From: an uncultured Bdellovibrionales bacterium
GTDB taxonomy: Bacteria > Bdellovibrionota > UBA1018 > CAIPTA01
Assembly: GCA_964416595.1 (NCBI GenBank)
Contig: CAYQES010000004.1
Coordinates: forward strand, 5,588 to 69,587
Direction of reading: 5' to 3'
Length of the DNA: 64,000 nt
Shown: piece after piece, positions 36,942 to 46,058 of the stretch
How the letters are laid out: each line of letters starts with the position of its first letter
Position numbering within the stretch: the first letter of the stretch is position 1
Position numbers and translations under genes: made by a program
Notes under the pieces: generated by a model
The model's database searches: none
Seen by the model: the letters and a program-made list of their open reading frames with translations, nothing else
Told to the model about the DNA's origin: nothing

Positions 36942-38714
36942 CTACTTCTTCAACGGCTCATTGAGCCCCAAGAATAGCTCGTGGGTTTGCTCCGCGCTCA
37001 TGGTGGTGGAAGCCTTCTCCCCGTACTTTCGCACGCTGAAAGAATTCGCCGCCAATTCCCGATCTCCCACAGCTAACATAAATGGAATTTTCTGCATCTG
37101 GGCTTCCCGGGTTTTGGCGCCCATGGAAGAGTTGGAGCTGTCCACATCCACCCGCAATCCCAGCGCCTTCATCTTATTGGCAGCGGCTTCACAGAAAGCC
37201 ACGTGGGAATCATTGATGGGCACAAAGCGGGCTTGCACGGGCGCGCACCAAAATGGCAGCGCGCCGGCGGTGTGCTCGATCAAAATTCCCATGAAGCGCT
37301 CGAGAGATCCTAGCACTGCCCGGTGGATCACCACGGGTTGAGCGCGTCCATTATCCTCAGTCACGTACTCGAGTTTAAAACGATTCGGCAATTGGTAATC
37401 GAGCTGGATCGTGGAGAGCTGGAAGTAGCGGCCGATGGCATCTTTCACGTTGAAGTCGATTTTGGGTCCGTAGAAGGCGCCGTCGCCGGCGTTCACCACA
37501 TAGTTTAAATTATTCACCTTGATAGCGCCTTCGAGGGCGGCTTCAGCGCGATCCCAGAGATCGTCGGAACCAAGGCGTTTTTCCGGGCGTGTGGAGAGAT
37601 ACACGAGCGGATCCGCGAGACCAAACACTTCGTACACTTCCCGGATCATGCGGATCACGTTGGCCACTTCGTCGGCGATTTGGTCTTCGCGAACAAAAAT
37701 GTGAGCATCATCCTGACAAAAAGAGCGCACGCGGGTGAGGCCCGCCGTTACGCCGGATCTTTCGTAGCGGTGGAGGCGTCCGAAATCCGCCATGCGGATC
37801 GGCAACTCCCGGTAGGAATGTTGTTTCGTGCCGAAAATCAGCATGTGGCAGGGGCAGTTCATGGGCTTTACGGCCACGTCTTGCTCGTCTTGCTTCGAAA
37901 AATACATATTCTCTTTGTAGTTCGCGTAATGGCCCGAGGTGTGCCAGAGATCCACGTTGAGCACTTGGGGCGTGATCACTTCATCGTAGCCGTATTTCAC
38001 GTAGAGTTTGCGCATGAGGTTTGAGAGTTGGTTGTAAACCACGGCGCCCTTGGCGTGGAAAAAAGGCATCGCGGGCGCTTCCGGATGGAAGCTAAAGAGA
38101 TCGAGCTCTTTTCCGAGTTTCCGGTGGTCTCTTTTTTTCGCTTCTTCCAGCATTTTTAAATGTTCGTCGATCTCTTGCTGGCTGTTGAAGCAGAGGCCGT
38201 AGATTCGGGTGAGCATGGGATTTTTTTCGTTCCCGCGCCAGTAGGCACCGGCCATATGGGTGAGTTTGAACGCCTTGATCTCTTTGGTGTTGTTCACGTG
38301 GGGGCCTTGGCACATATCCGTGAACTGGCCCTCTTCGTAGAGCCCCACTTGTTGAAGGTTGAGATCGCGGATGAGCTCGAGTTTGAAGTGCTGGCCTTTA
38401 TCGCCAAAGAAACGCAAGGCTTCATCCCGGGAAATCACTTTCCGGTGGAAAGTATTTCCTTCCTTGATGATTTTTTTCATCTCCGCTTCGATGGTGGGGA
38501 GGATTTCTTCCGTAACGGCAACAGGGAATTTTACGTCGTAGTAGAAACCGTTCTCGATATGGGGGCCAACGCCGAATTCGGAGCCGGGGTAGAGGCGGGT
38601 GATCGCGTGGGCCATCACGTGGGCCGCCGAGTGGCGCATGGTTTCCAGGGCCGAGAGTTTTGGGGTTTCGAGGAGTTCCGAGAGTTCTTTATCCATAGAG
38701 GGGGATACTAGCAA
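36942..38714 (-). CDS. thrS: threonine--tRNA ligase lacking the N-terminal TGS domain
   Basis: RHSAAHVMAHAI...GPHIENGFYYDV aligns with the ThrRS N2/editing domain starting at about residue 60 of E. coli ThrRS. Class II motifs follow (FRYERSG..., GAFYGPKIDF) and a C-terminal anticodon-binding domain. 590 aa. Confidence 0.85.
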   Translation of the reverse strand: MLVSPSMDKELSELLETPKLSALETMRHSAAHVMAHAITRLYPGSEFGVGPHIENGFYYDVKFPVAVTEEILPTIEAEMKKIIKEGNTFHRKVISRDEALRFFGDKGQHFKLELIRDLNLQQVGLYEEGQFTDMCQGPHVNNTKEIKAFKLTHMAGAYWRGNEKNPMLTRIYGLCFNSQQEIDEHLKMLEEAKKRDHRKLGKELDLFSFHPEAPAMPFFHAKGAVVYNQLSNLMRKLYVKYGYDEVITPQVLNVDLWHTSGHYANYKENMYFSKQDEQDVAVKPMNCPCHMLIFGTKQHSYRELPIRMADFGRLHRYERSGVTAGLTRVRSFCQDDAHIFVREDQIADEVANVIRMIREVYEVFGLADPLVYLSTRPEKRLGSDDLWDRAEAALEGAIKVNNLNYVVNAGDGAFYGPKIDFNVKDAIGRYFQLSTIQLDYQLPNRFKLEYVTEDNGRAQPVVIHRAVLGSLERFMGILIEHTAGALPFWCAPVQARFVPINDSHVAFCEAAANKMKALGLRVDVDSSNSSMGAKTREAQMQKIPFMLAVGDRELAANSFSVRKYGEKASTTMSAEQTHELFLGLNEPLKK

Positions 38715-38925
38715 AAAGGGCGGGTGTGGGCCATATGGGCTTTAAGGGTACTTGTTGGGCGGCTCTTAAGGCGGAGCTTTTGGGTGCGGCGCAGCGTGGG
38801 TCGCCCAAGGTATAGTTTCTGTACTAGTGCGGGAGTCTCCATCAATTCCCCCTATCACAAACCCTTCTTCTTCCAATTGGCGCGGCTTGCGGTTCTTCGC
38901 GTACTTTTTCTCCCAAGGAGTACTT

Positions 38926-39600
38926 ATGAAAGAACTAGACCGAAGAAAATTTCTAAAACTGGGCATGGGCGTTTCCGCGGGCACCCTCATGATGGGCAGT
39001 ATTTTCCCCAAAGCCTGGGCCGCGAGCTGCGGCCTCACTCCGCCGCAAACACCGGGGCCTTTTTATCCCGGGGAATCCAAGTTCACGGCGGAGAATGATT
39101 TAACTCGAGTGATTGCTGATGGGCCCAGGGCGTTGGGCCAAGTGATCTATGTGCGGGGAAAAGTGTTGGATGCGCTTTGCCAGCCCGTGGAGGGCGCCAA
39201 CGTGGAAATCTGGCAGGCCTGCGCCAGTGGTCGCTACAATAATACTAAGGATCCAAACCCGGCGCCTCTCGATCCAAATTTCCGTTACTGGGGCGAAACT
39301 TTTACGAATAGCGAAGGCGAATATTTTTTCAAAACGATTCTTCCGGGCGCTTATCCTGCTGATAAGGATTGGATTCGACCCGCCCACATTCACTTTCGGG
39401 TGGCTAGGCTGGGTTTCAGGGAGCTGGTGACGCAGATGTATTTTAAGGGTGATCCTTACAACGATAAGGATTTTATTCTGCAGGATTTGCCGACGGCGGA
39501 GAGAGAGTTGGTGATCGTGGATTTTCAACCGTCGGCGGTGGGTTTTGAACCGGGAAGTTTGACGGGGAATTTTGATGTGACGTTGCGAGCTGTGCGCTAG
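38926..39600 (+). CDS. TAT-exported intradiol ring-cleavage dioxygenase-like protein
   Basis: ATG 38926 is preceded by AAGGAG. Twin-arginine signal DRRKFLKLGMGVSAGTLM; TPPQTPGPFYP motif typical of the intradiol dioxygenase family. Followed by a short hairpin TTTGCG-atgg-CGCAAA plus a T-run. Confidence 0.6.
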   Translation: MKELDRRKFLKLGMGVSAGTLMMGSIFPKAWAASCGLTPPQTPGPFYPGESKFTAENDLTRVIADGPRALGQVIYVRGKVLDALCQPVEGANVEIWQACASGRYNNTKDPNPAPLDPNFRYWGETFTNSEGEYFFKTILPGAYPADKDWIRPAHIHFRVARLGFRELVTQMYFKGDPYNDKDFILQDLPTAERELVIVDFQPSAVGFEPGSLTGNFDVTLRAVR

Positions 39601-39697
39601 GTGAGAGAGGTTTGCGATGGCGCAAACGTTTACTGTTTGTATTTTTGTGGAGTTAGTAAAAATATTTTTTTGTGTGAAAATTTTGTTCTGAATTTTG

Positions 39698-39706
39698 TGG
39701 TATAAT
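39698..39706 (+). promoter_or_regulatory. extended -10 promoter element TGgTATAAT upstream of the HNH gene
   Basis: TGGTATAAT is read ~27 nt upstream of ATG 39733 in an AT-rich leader. The -35 element is weak. Confidence 0.35.
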
Positions 39707-39732
39707 TTCTCCTTTTTTCGGAGGATTTTTCC

Positions 39733-40638
39733 ATGACAAACTCGGAACTAGAAATAAAGTTGCACGGTTTGGTGCGCGAAGAGCGCAAGATCACCGAAGA
39801 AATTTTGGGACTTATCCGGGAGGCGGATAGGCGGCGGCTCTATTTGGAGCGTGGGCATGGGAGTTTGTATGACTGGCTCACCCGGGAATATGGCTATTCC
39901 CATGGCGCGGCCCACCGCAGGATTCAATCGGCAAGGTTGGTAGAAGCTGTGCCCGAGGCGAAAGAGAAGTTGGGGGCGGGTAGCGTAAATCTTACTACTT
40001 TGGCCCAGGTGCAATCTGCGGTGCGGAAGAAAGAGCGGGCTTCTGGGAAAAAAGTTTCCGCGGAAATGCGGCGGGCTCTCGTGAAAGAGATCGAAGGAAA
40101 ATCTTCTAGGGAAACGGAAAAGATTCTAGCGGCCAATTTTCCTGAACAGGCCCCGGGCCGGGAATCTCTCAGGGCGGTGAATGGGGAGGAAACAAAACTT
40201 ACGGTGGTGCTCGGGGAAGAAGCCGTGGAGAACTTGAAGCGAGTGAAGGAGTTGCTGGCGCATACGAAGCCTGAGGCCTCCTTTGCCGAGGTGATCGCCC
40301 ACCTGGCCAAAGATTTCGTGGATAAAAAAGATCCGTTGAAAAAGTCCGCTGCCGGACAAGCGGGGTGTCAAAAAACCGCAACCCTCACGCCGGGCCAAAA
40401 GCGAGAAGTGCTCCAGAAAGCCAAAGGGCAATGCGAATTCGTGGATCCCATCACGAAACGCCGCTGCATGAGCCGCTTCCAATTAGAGGTAGACCACATC
40501 ATACCTAAAGCTAGAAACGGAACAAACGCACGCGAAAATCTCCGCTGCCTCTGCCGCGCGCACAACTTCTATGAGGCCGAGAAAAAATTAGGAAAAAGAT
40601 GTATGGAACAATACCGTTGGCAGCCGCAAGCGGTATGA
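39733..40638 (+). CDS. HNH endonuclease domain protein (DUF222-like N-terminus + C-terminal HNH)
   Basis: C-terminal CEFVDPITKRRC...LEVDHIIPKARNGTNARENLRCLCRAHN carries the HNH His-Asn-His and Cys4 zinc-finger spacing. Confidence 0.6.
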   Translation: MTNSELEIKLHGLVREERKITEEILGLIREADRRRLYLERGHGSLYDWLTREYGYSHGAAHRRIQSARLVEAVPEAKEKLGAGSVNLTTLAQVQSAVRKKERASGKKVSAEMRRALVKEIEGKSSRETEKILAANFPEQAPGRESLRAVNGEETKLTVVLGEEAVENLKRVKELLAHTKPEASFAEVIAHLAKDFVDKKDPLKKSAAGQAGCQKTATLTPGQKREVLQKAKGQCEFVDPITKRRCMSRFQLEVDHIIPKARNGTNARENLRCLCRAHNFYEAEKKLGKRCMEQYRWQPQAV

Positions 40639-40713
40639 GTTGTTAAGTGTTCCCATATATAGATGCAGAATCCGAATCTACTGAAGCGGGCAAAAAAAGA
40701 GGGAACGCGCCTC

Positions 40714-41496
40714 TCAACCCACCCGTCTATACACACTCGCACAAGCCGGATGCGGCAACGGATAGAACGGACAATCCACCCGGGAGCGCCACAGGATTTC
40801 TAGTGGCGCTTCTTTTCTTGCTCGATCGAACTCTTCTTCTTCCCACGGGCCTTGGTGAACCACCAACACCAAGCCTCCGGGCTTCAAATTTAAAGTATAG
40901 GCTTCGGCCCATTTTTTAGCGTCCCCAAATTCGGCGGGAATTCCCCAAGCCACGGCCGGATCCGGAGAAACAAAAGGATAGAAGGATAAAATCAATTGCG
41001 CAGGCCGATTGGCTTCAAAAAAATTCCCAGCCACATAATCATCATGGCGGTGGCCACCGGGAAGGGAGAGATAGTAGTTGGCTTTATCGGCCCGGGAATG
41101 AAAGCCCATGAGCACAGGGTAGGGATCTAGCTCCATGCCTTGCACGATGGGGGTGCGGCCGTGGCGTTTACAGAAGGCGCGGATGGCGGGCAACCGAGAA
41201 AAATCTTGGCAGCCAGGTTCCGAGAGCAAAAATTCGCCCTTCGGCAAAAGATCCGCCGGCAAGGTTTTTTCCAGGATCCAGAGGGTAGCGAGGTTTTTTT
41301 TGTACACTTCGGGAAAGAGGCGCGGGCGCAAAAAAATCATGCCGTAGCGGCGCTCTAAACGCATTTCCTCGGGGGTTAAAGGCAAAGTTTGGCTGCCCGT
41401 TTCTTTGTAGCCCGAACGGCGAAAGCCCAAAGTAGAGCGAAGCTTTAAAAAAAAGCGGTTGCGTTTGGAGTGTAAGCTTTCCATAGCTTTTCCCAT
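40714..41496 (-). CDS. hypothetical protein
   Basis: 260-aa ORF of good length with no overlapping competitor; no motif recognised. Confidence 0.4.
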   Translation of the reverse strand: MGKAMESLHSKRNRFFLKLRSTLGFRRSGYKETGSQTLPLTPEEMRLERRYGMIFLRPRLFPEVYKKNLATLWILEKTLPADLLPKGEFLLSEPGCQDFSRLPAIRAFCKRHGRTPIVQGMELDPYPVLMGFHSRADKANYYLSLPGGHRHDDYVAGNFFEANRPAQLILSFYPFVSPDPAVAWGIPAEFGDAKKWAEAYTLNLKPGGLVLVVHQGPWEEEEFDRARKEAPLEILWRSRVDCPFYPLPHPACASVYRRVG

Positions 41497-41604
41497 CCTT
41501 ATAAATCCTTCCTAAAAATCCTACCGAATCCTTTACGGGAGGCAAGTAGAACCACGGTGGCAGCGGCAGAATAGCGATCTTTATTTGACGGCACCCAGCA
41601 GGGC

Positions 41605-42774
41605 GTGCAAGAAGGGTGGCCGAGGAAGATTTTCTTGTCTAAATACTTTGTTACTTGCGCCCGGGGCTTAGAAGAGATCACGGAGCAGGAATTGCGACAG
41701 ATTGGTAGTAAAACCGTGGAAACGGTTCCGGGTGGTCTTTATTTTGAAGGCGATCAGGAGGTTTTATACAAAGCCCATTTATGGCTGCGCACAGGTAACC
41801 GCATCCTTTTGCCTCTGCGCTCATTTGCCTGCCGATCCCCAGAGGATTTATACGACAACTTGGCAAAATTCCGCTGGGAAACTTTTTTGACCGGCAAACT
41901 CACCTTCGCCGTGGATTGCACATTGAGTGGTCGCTTATCCCCTGCACTCTCCCATTCCCAATACGCAAAATTAAAAGCCAAAGATGCGATTGTGGATCGA
42001 CTCCGGGAAAAAACTGGCTCCCGGCCCGATGTGGATGCGGAAAATCCCGACATTCGGGTGGTGCTCTATATCCGCGATGGGATCTGCACGCTCAATATGG
42101 ACGCCACCGGTTATTCTCTCCATGAGCGGGGCTATCGCTCCCGGGATGCGGCAGCTCCGCTAAAAGAAACCTTAGCCGCGGGAATCTTACAATTGGCGGG
42201 TTGGGATGCTGCCACGCCTTTGATCGATCCCATGTGTGGTTCCGGCACTTTTTTATCGGAAGCCGCCCTGATTGCCACTCGCACGGCTCCCGGTTTATTG
42301 CGGGAGAAATTCCTGTTTATGAATTGGCCCGATTTTTACAAACCCCGCTGGGAGCAATGTGTGCAGGAAGCGGAAGCCGCCCGTTTGCCTTTACCGAAAA
42401 ATTTATTATTCGGAAGAGACGAAGAAAGCGAAGCGCTCAAACAAGTGCGCTACTCTCTCAAAGTTTTAGGTTTTACAGATGCCGTAACTCTTGAGAAAAA
42501 ACCTTTTGCCGAATTCCAGCGGCCCGAAGGAATCGAAAAAGGATTTCTGATCGTGAACCCTCCTTATGGGGATCGCTTGGGCGACGTGGAATCTCTGAAA
42601 CCGCTCTACAAAGGCATGGGCGATATGTTCAAAAAACAACTTACGGGCTGGCGGGCGGGAGTGCTCACGGGCAGCTCCGAATTGGCCAAGACCATTGGCC
42701 TCCGGGCCACACGGCGATATCCGCTCTGGAACGGACCCATCGAGTGCCGCTTGCTCACGTACGATATGTACTAA
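41605..42774 (+). CDS. THUMP-domain class I SAM-dependent rRNA (guanine-N2) methyltransferase, RlmL-like
   Basis: N-terminus FVTCARGLEEITEQEL as in RlmL, a THUMP region, then FLIVNPPYGDRLG (NPPY N-methyltransferase motif). Confidence 0.7.
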   Translation: MQEGWPRKIFLSKYFVTCARGLEEITEQELRQIGSKTVETVPGGLYFEGDQEVLYKAHLWLRTGNRILLPLRSFACRSPEDLYDNLAKFRWETFLTGKLTFAVDCTLSGRLSPALSHSQYAKLKAKDAIVDRLREKTGSRPDVDAENPDIRVVLYIRDGICTLNMDATGYSLHERGYRSRDAAAPLKETLAAGILQLAGWDAATPLIDPMCGSGTFLSEAALIATRTAPGLLREKFLFMNWPDFYKPRWEQCVQEAEAARLPLPKNLLFGRDEESEALKQVRYSLKVLGFTDAVTLEKKPFAEFQRPEGIEKGFLIVNPPYGDRLGDVESLKPLYKGMGDMFKKQLTGWRAGVLTGSSELAKTIGLRATRRYPLWNGPIECRLLTYDMY

Positions 42775-43406
42775 GAGCGGGATTCCCGCCGTAAAAATAC
42801 CAAAGCAGCTAAAATTTGGGCGTAGCCTAAGAGAAAAACGTTCAGGATCGGCACAAATAATAAAAAGTTGATGGCGAGCCCTAGAAGAAAGTTAGAAAAT
42901 CCGTGGTGAAAAAAAAGCCCTGCCCGCTCTTTCCCAAATTCTTTTTTTCGTTCGTACAAGTTGGCGAGAAATCCGTAGGCTGTCATCCATGCGGCCACCA
43001 CAAAACTCACTACTCCGAGAAAAGGAATGAGGCTAAGAAAAAACAGTAGGATAGTGAGTAGTAGTAAAACCACCGAATAGAATAACTCCCGGCCCAAACG
43101 CCGAAAACCGAAGGGCGGGGGGGCTAGTTTCACTTCTCCCCACACGCTTTTTTGGCATTCATTGATCAAGGCATCTTCCACGGGCAAGAGCGAAAGATTT
43201 CCGAACACCAACCAGGAAGCGAGAAACCCTAGCATCATGGCGGGCACGGCAATCCATAGGGTTTGTGCTTGGAGGAAAAATTCCCAGAGGAAATAAACGC
43301 TACAAGCAGAAAAAGCAAAAGTAAAAGCCCCGGGAAAAAAACCCAGGGCTAATAATTTTGGACGGGAAAAGAGAATCTTTGCGGCTTGGAATGGTAGCTG
43401 AATCAT
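42771..43406 (-). CDS. hypothetical multi-pass membrane protein (possibly CysZ/EI24-like)
   Basis: 211 aa with four predicted TM helices; weak resemblance to the EI24/CysZ family. Confidence 0.4.
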   Translation of the reverse strand: MIQLPFQAAKILFSRPKLLALGFFPGAFTFAFSACSVYFLWEFFLQAQTLWIAVPAMMLGFLASWLVFGNLSLLPVEDALINECQKSVWGEVKLAPPPFGFRRLGRELFYSVVLLLLTILLFFLSLIPFLGVVSFVVAAWMTAYGFLANLYERKKEFGKERAGLFFHHGFSNFLLGLAINFLLFVPILNVFLLGYAQILAALVFLRRESRS

Positions 43407-43411
43407 TATTA

Positions 43412-45859
43412 TTACAGAGCCGCGGCCAATTTTCTCAAAGATTCCCGCGTGCGAGCATCGGTAGTGGTGGCGATTTCCGCTTGGATCGCAATTTTCACCC
43501 GGGCCCGGGCGTCTACGGCCAGGGGAATATCTTTATAGCTTACCAGTGCATCCACAGCAGCAGCCCGCTCGGTGAGGGGGCGAGCAAGCTCTCCAGCTTT
43601 TGCACTAGCTAAGCCTTCGAGCACACCGATCACAAGCGCCTCCACATCAACCACGGCGCCGTTTCGGGAATGGAAGCTTAGTGGTGCCTCTGGGCTATAC
43701 TTCAAGGCTCCGGCCAAGCGTGTGCGCGCCCGGGCGAGGAGACTAGATTCTAGTGTTGTATAAGTAGTGTCGATCTTACTCAAGATCGCTCCTAGCTTTG
43801 CTTGTCGATCAGTATCCGAAAGTTGGATAAAAGCTGGTGTGGAGAGTAGCCATGCTTCCAAATTGGCCCGTAAGTTTTGCAAAGCTTCCTTTGTGGCCGT
43901 GGGAAACTGGGTAGCAATGGATACTTTTTCTAACAATTGCAGCGCGCGCTCCCGCATTTCCACTTCTTGGTAACCGGCTGGTAAAATACCAGGGCGGTAT
44001 ACATAGAGGGATTTTAGGGATTGGGAGCCGAGATAGGCTAAGCTATTGGCGGAGCCGCCCACATAAATCGAAGCGGTTCCTTGCAAAGTTTTTAGTGCCT
44101 CAGCAATTGCTTCTTCCGCAGCTGCTACGGTGGTGATGCTGGAGGCTTCTGGCAAATTATCGGAAACTCTCAAGATCGCCGAAGGAAGAGAAGTCATGCG
44201 GCGATTGCTGGCGTTTTTATTTTCTAAAAGATCCCAAGAGCGCAAGGCTTGTTTTGTGGGATCGGTGCCGATGTCGTAGCGCACGCAGAGAGGATCCACA
44301 CCTCCAGCCTTGGAATCGGCTTCCTCATCATTACAGGTAGGTAGCACGAGATCTGTGTTTCGCACGTCTTTACCTTCGTTATAGAGCATGGAAATGATTT
44401 GTCGATCGTATTCAAGCAACGGACCATCCGCAGAATCTAGATCAAAGAAAGCGGCTTCTTCTTCGTTATACTGGTTGTAATCCATGATGGAGTGGCTGAA
44501 GAGAGTGTTGGCATTATCAGGATCAAAGGAAAGGGATCCTTTGAAATTATGATCGAGTCCTAGAGCGTGGCCCACTTCATGGAACAACACGCCCTTCAAA
44601 AGCGCCCGGGCAAATTCTTCGGGGCTTTGTTTCGATTCCAAGGAAATGTGCAAGTGCGCGCTATCCATGCAGTGCACGGGTAGGGAGCGGCCCATGAATT
44701 TACGATTTTTTAGGATGCGAGATAAAACTTCCGAACGTTTCTCGTGGGCGGCTTCGGTGCCAGCGGCATTTTCCCAATATTCTTTTCCAATATTGATCCA
44801 AGCGTAAGGCAGGTAGATTAAGGAGTGGCTCTGAACGCCCGTGGTGGGATCGGCTGCTTGGCTTTCATAAGCGGAGCCAGCCTCCTGGATATTATCCCAA
44901 ACAATAATGTTGTAACGGGGATCGCCCACGTTCACGCCTTCAGGCAAGCGGCCCTCAAAGCGAACGAGATCCGTTTTTCCCATGGCCCGGGAATAACGGT
45001 TCCAAGCTTCCACGCTATTTTTTACGTCGAGGAGGTATTCTTCGGGGATATTCGGAGTCACCCACCAGCGGATCGCTTCGTTAGCTTTTGGCACGAAACG
45101 CACGGCCACCAATGTTTCGATGCGTTCGTCTTCGTGGTCCACATACACATCCCCTGCGTCCAAGAAACGGAAACGGGCGGCGTTAGGATTTAATTCTGGA
45201 TCGGCAAAAATGGGCTTCACATCTTCAGGAACAATCCGTTCCCGGGGTGTGAGAGTTTCCATAAATTCGGCCACTGAACCATTCATTAACTCCACAGAGC
45301 TTTGGATGAGGAAAAGTTCATCTTGGGCAGCAAATTCTAACGTGCGGATCCAAGAAGCGCGGGTGGGCATTTCATCTTCTGTTTCTGGATCCATCAAAAG
45401 AGTGCTCAGCACGGGAGAAGCTTTATCGGCCCGGAATGTGAGGAATTCTGCATTTTGGGAAAGGATCACGAATTCTTGGATCAAACGGGCTGGGTGATTT
45501 ACATCGGATTCAAATCCTAAGCGGGAATCCGTAACGAGCCGTAAGCGATTGTCTACGATTTTAAATTCTGCGGGAGTTTGCCCGATGGAGATCGCCATGA
45601 TCGGCTCAGCCTTTTCTTGTCCCCTTTCTCTTAAGGCAGCAAATTGCAAACTAGCGCCATAGAGGAAGGGGCGATTTAGGATAGCATCTTTGCGCACGGT
45701 TACTTCGGTAACCACAGCCGGCGAGCCTAAAGGCAAAAGAGAGTGAATAACGGATTGTTTCAATGTAGCCGTGAGAGGAACTCGTGGCCCTTGGGTTTTA
45801 CCGTCAGTGCTGAAAGCAAAAAGAACGATGAGTGAAAAAAGCAGATGGCATAAACGCAT
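43412..45859 (-). CDS. large secreted zinc metalloprotease (metzincin HExxHxxGxxH), 815 aa
   Basis: Signal peptide MRLCHLLFSLIVLFAFSTDG. HEVGHALGLDHNF zinc motif, with SIMDY as a Met-turn candidate. Long N- and C-terminal extensions. Confidence 0.65.
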   Translation of the reverse strand: MRLCHLLFSLIVLFAFSTDGKTQGPRVPLTATLKQSVIHSLLPLGSPAVVTEVTVRKDAILNRPFLYGASLQFAALRERGQEKAEPIMAISIGQTPAEFKIVDNRLRLVTDSRLGFESDVNHPARLIQEFVILSQNAEFLTFRADKASPVLSTLLMDPETEDEMPTRASWIRTLEFAAQDELFLIQSSVELMNGSVAEFMETLTPRERIVPEDVKPIFADPELNPNAARFRFLDAGDVYVDHEDERIETLVAVRFVPKANEAIRWWVTPNIPEEYLLDVKNSVEAWNRYSRAMGKTDLVRFEGRLPEGVNVGDPRYNIIVWDNIQEAGSAYESQAADPTTGVQSHSLIYLPYAWINIGKEYWENAAGTEAAHEKRSEVLSRILKNRKFMGRSLPVHCMDSAHLHISLESKQSPEEFARALLKGVLFHEVGHALGLDHNFKGSLSFDPDNANTLFSHSIMDYNQYNEEEAAFFDLDSADGPLLEYDRQIISMLYNEGKDVRNTDLVLPTCNDEEADSKAGGVDPLCVRYDIGTDPTKQALRSWDLLENKNASNRRMTSLPSAILRVSDNLPEASSITTVAAAEEAIAEALKTLQGTASIYVGGSANSLAYLGSQSLKSLYVYRPGILPAGYQEVEMRERALQLLEKVSIATQFPTATKEALQNLRANLEAWLLSTPAFIQLSDTDRQAKLGAILSKIDTTYTTLESSLLARARTRLAGALKYSPEAPLSFHSRNGAVVDVEALVIGVLEGLASAKAGELARPLTERAAAVDALVSYKDIPLAVDARARVKIAIQAEIATTTDARTRESLRKLAAAL

Positions 45860-46058
45860 ACATTCCCCCTTGTCTGCGGTCAGAACGCCGCAGAAGTCTA
45901 TGGGTTATGCTGAATTTCAACGTGTAGCACAAGAAATTTATGTTGGAGTTTTTTTGCCGAATATTCTGTAAGACTTTTACAGGATACCGCGTGGCCGCTA
46001 CATATTTATAAGTGCCTGTTTTCTTTAAAACATCCCTAGGTACGGGTAGAATTATTTT

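Noticed and set aside
39924-40565. Minus-strand ORFs (128, 118, 65 aa) inside the HNH gene
   Set aside because: They are antisense shadow ORFs, Arg/Ala/Pro-rich as expected from the reverse complement of a GC-rich coding strand.
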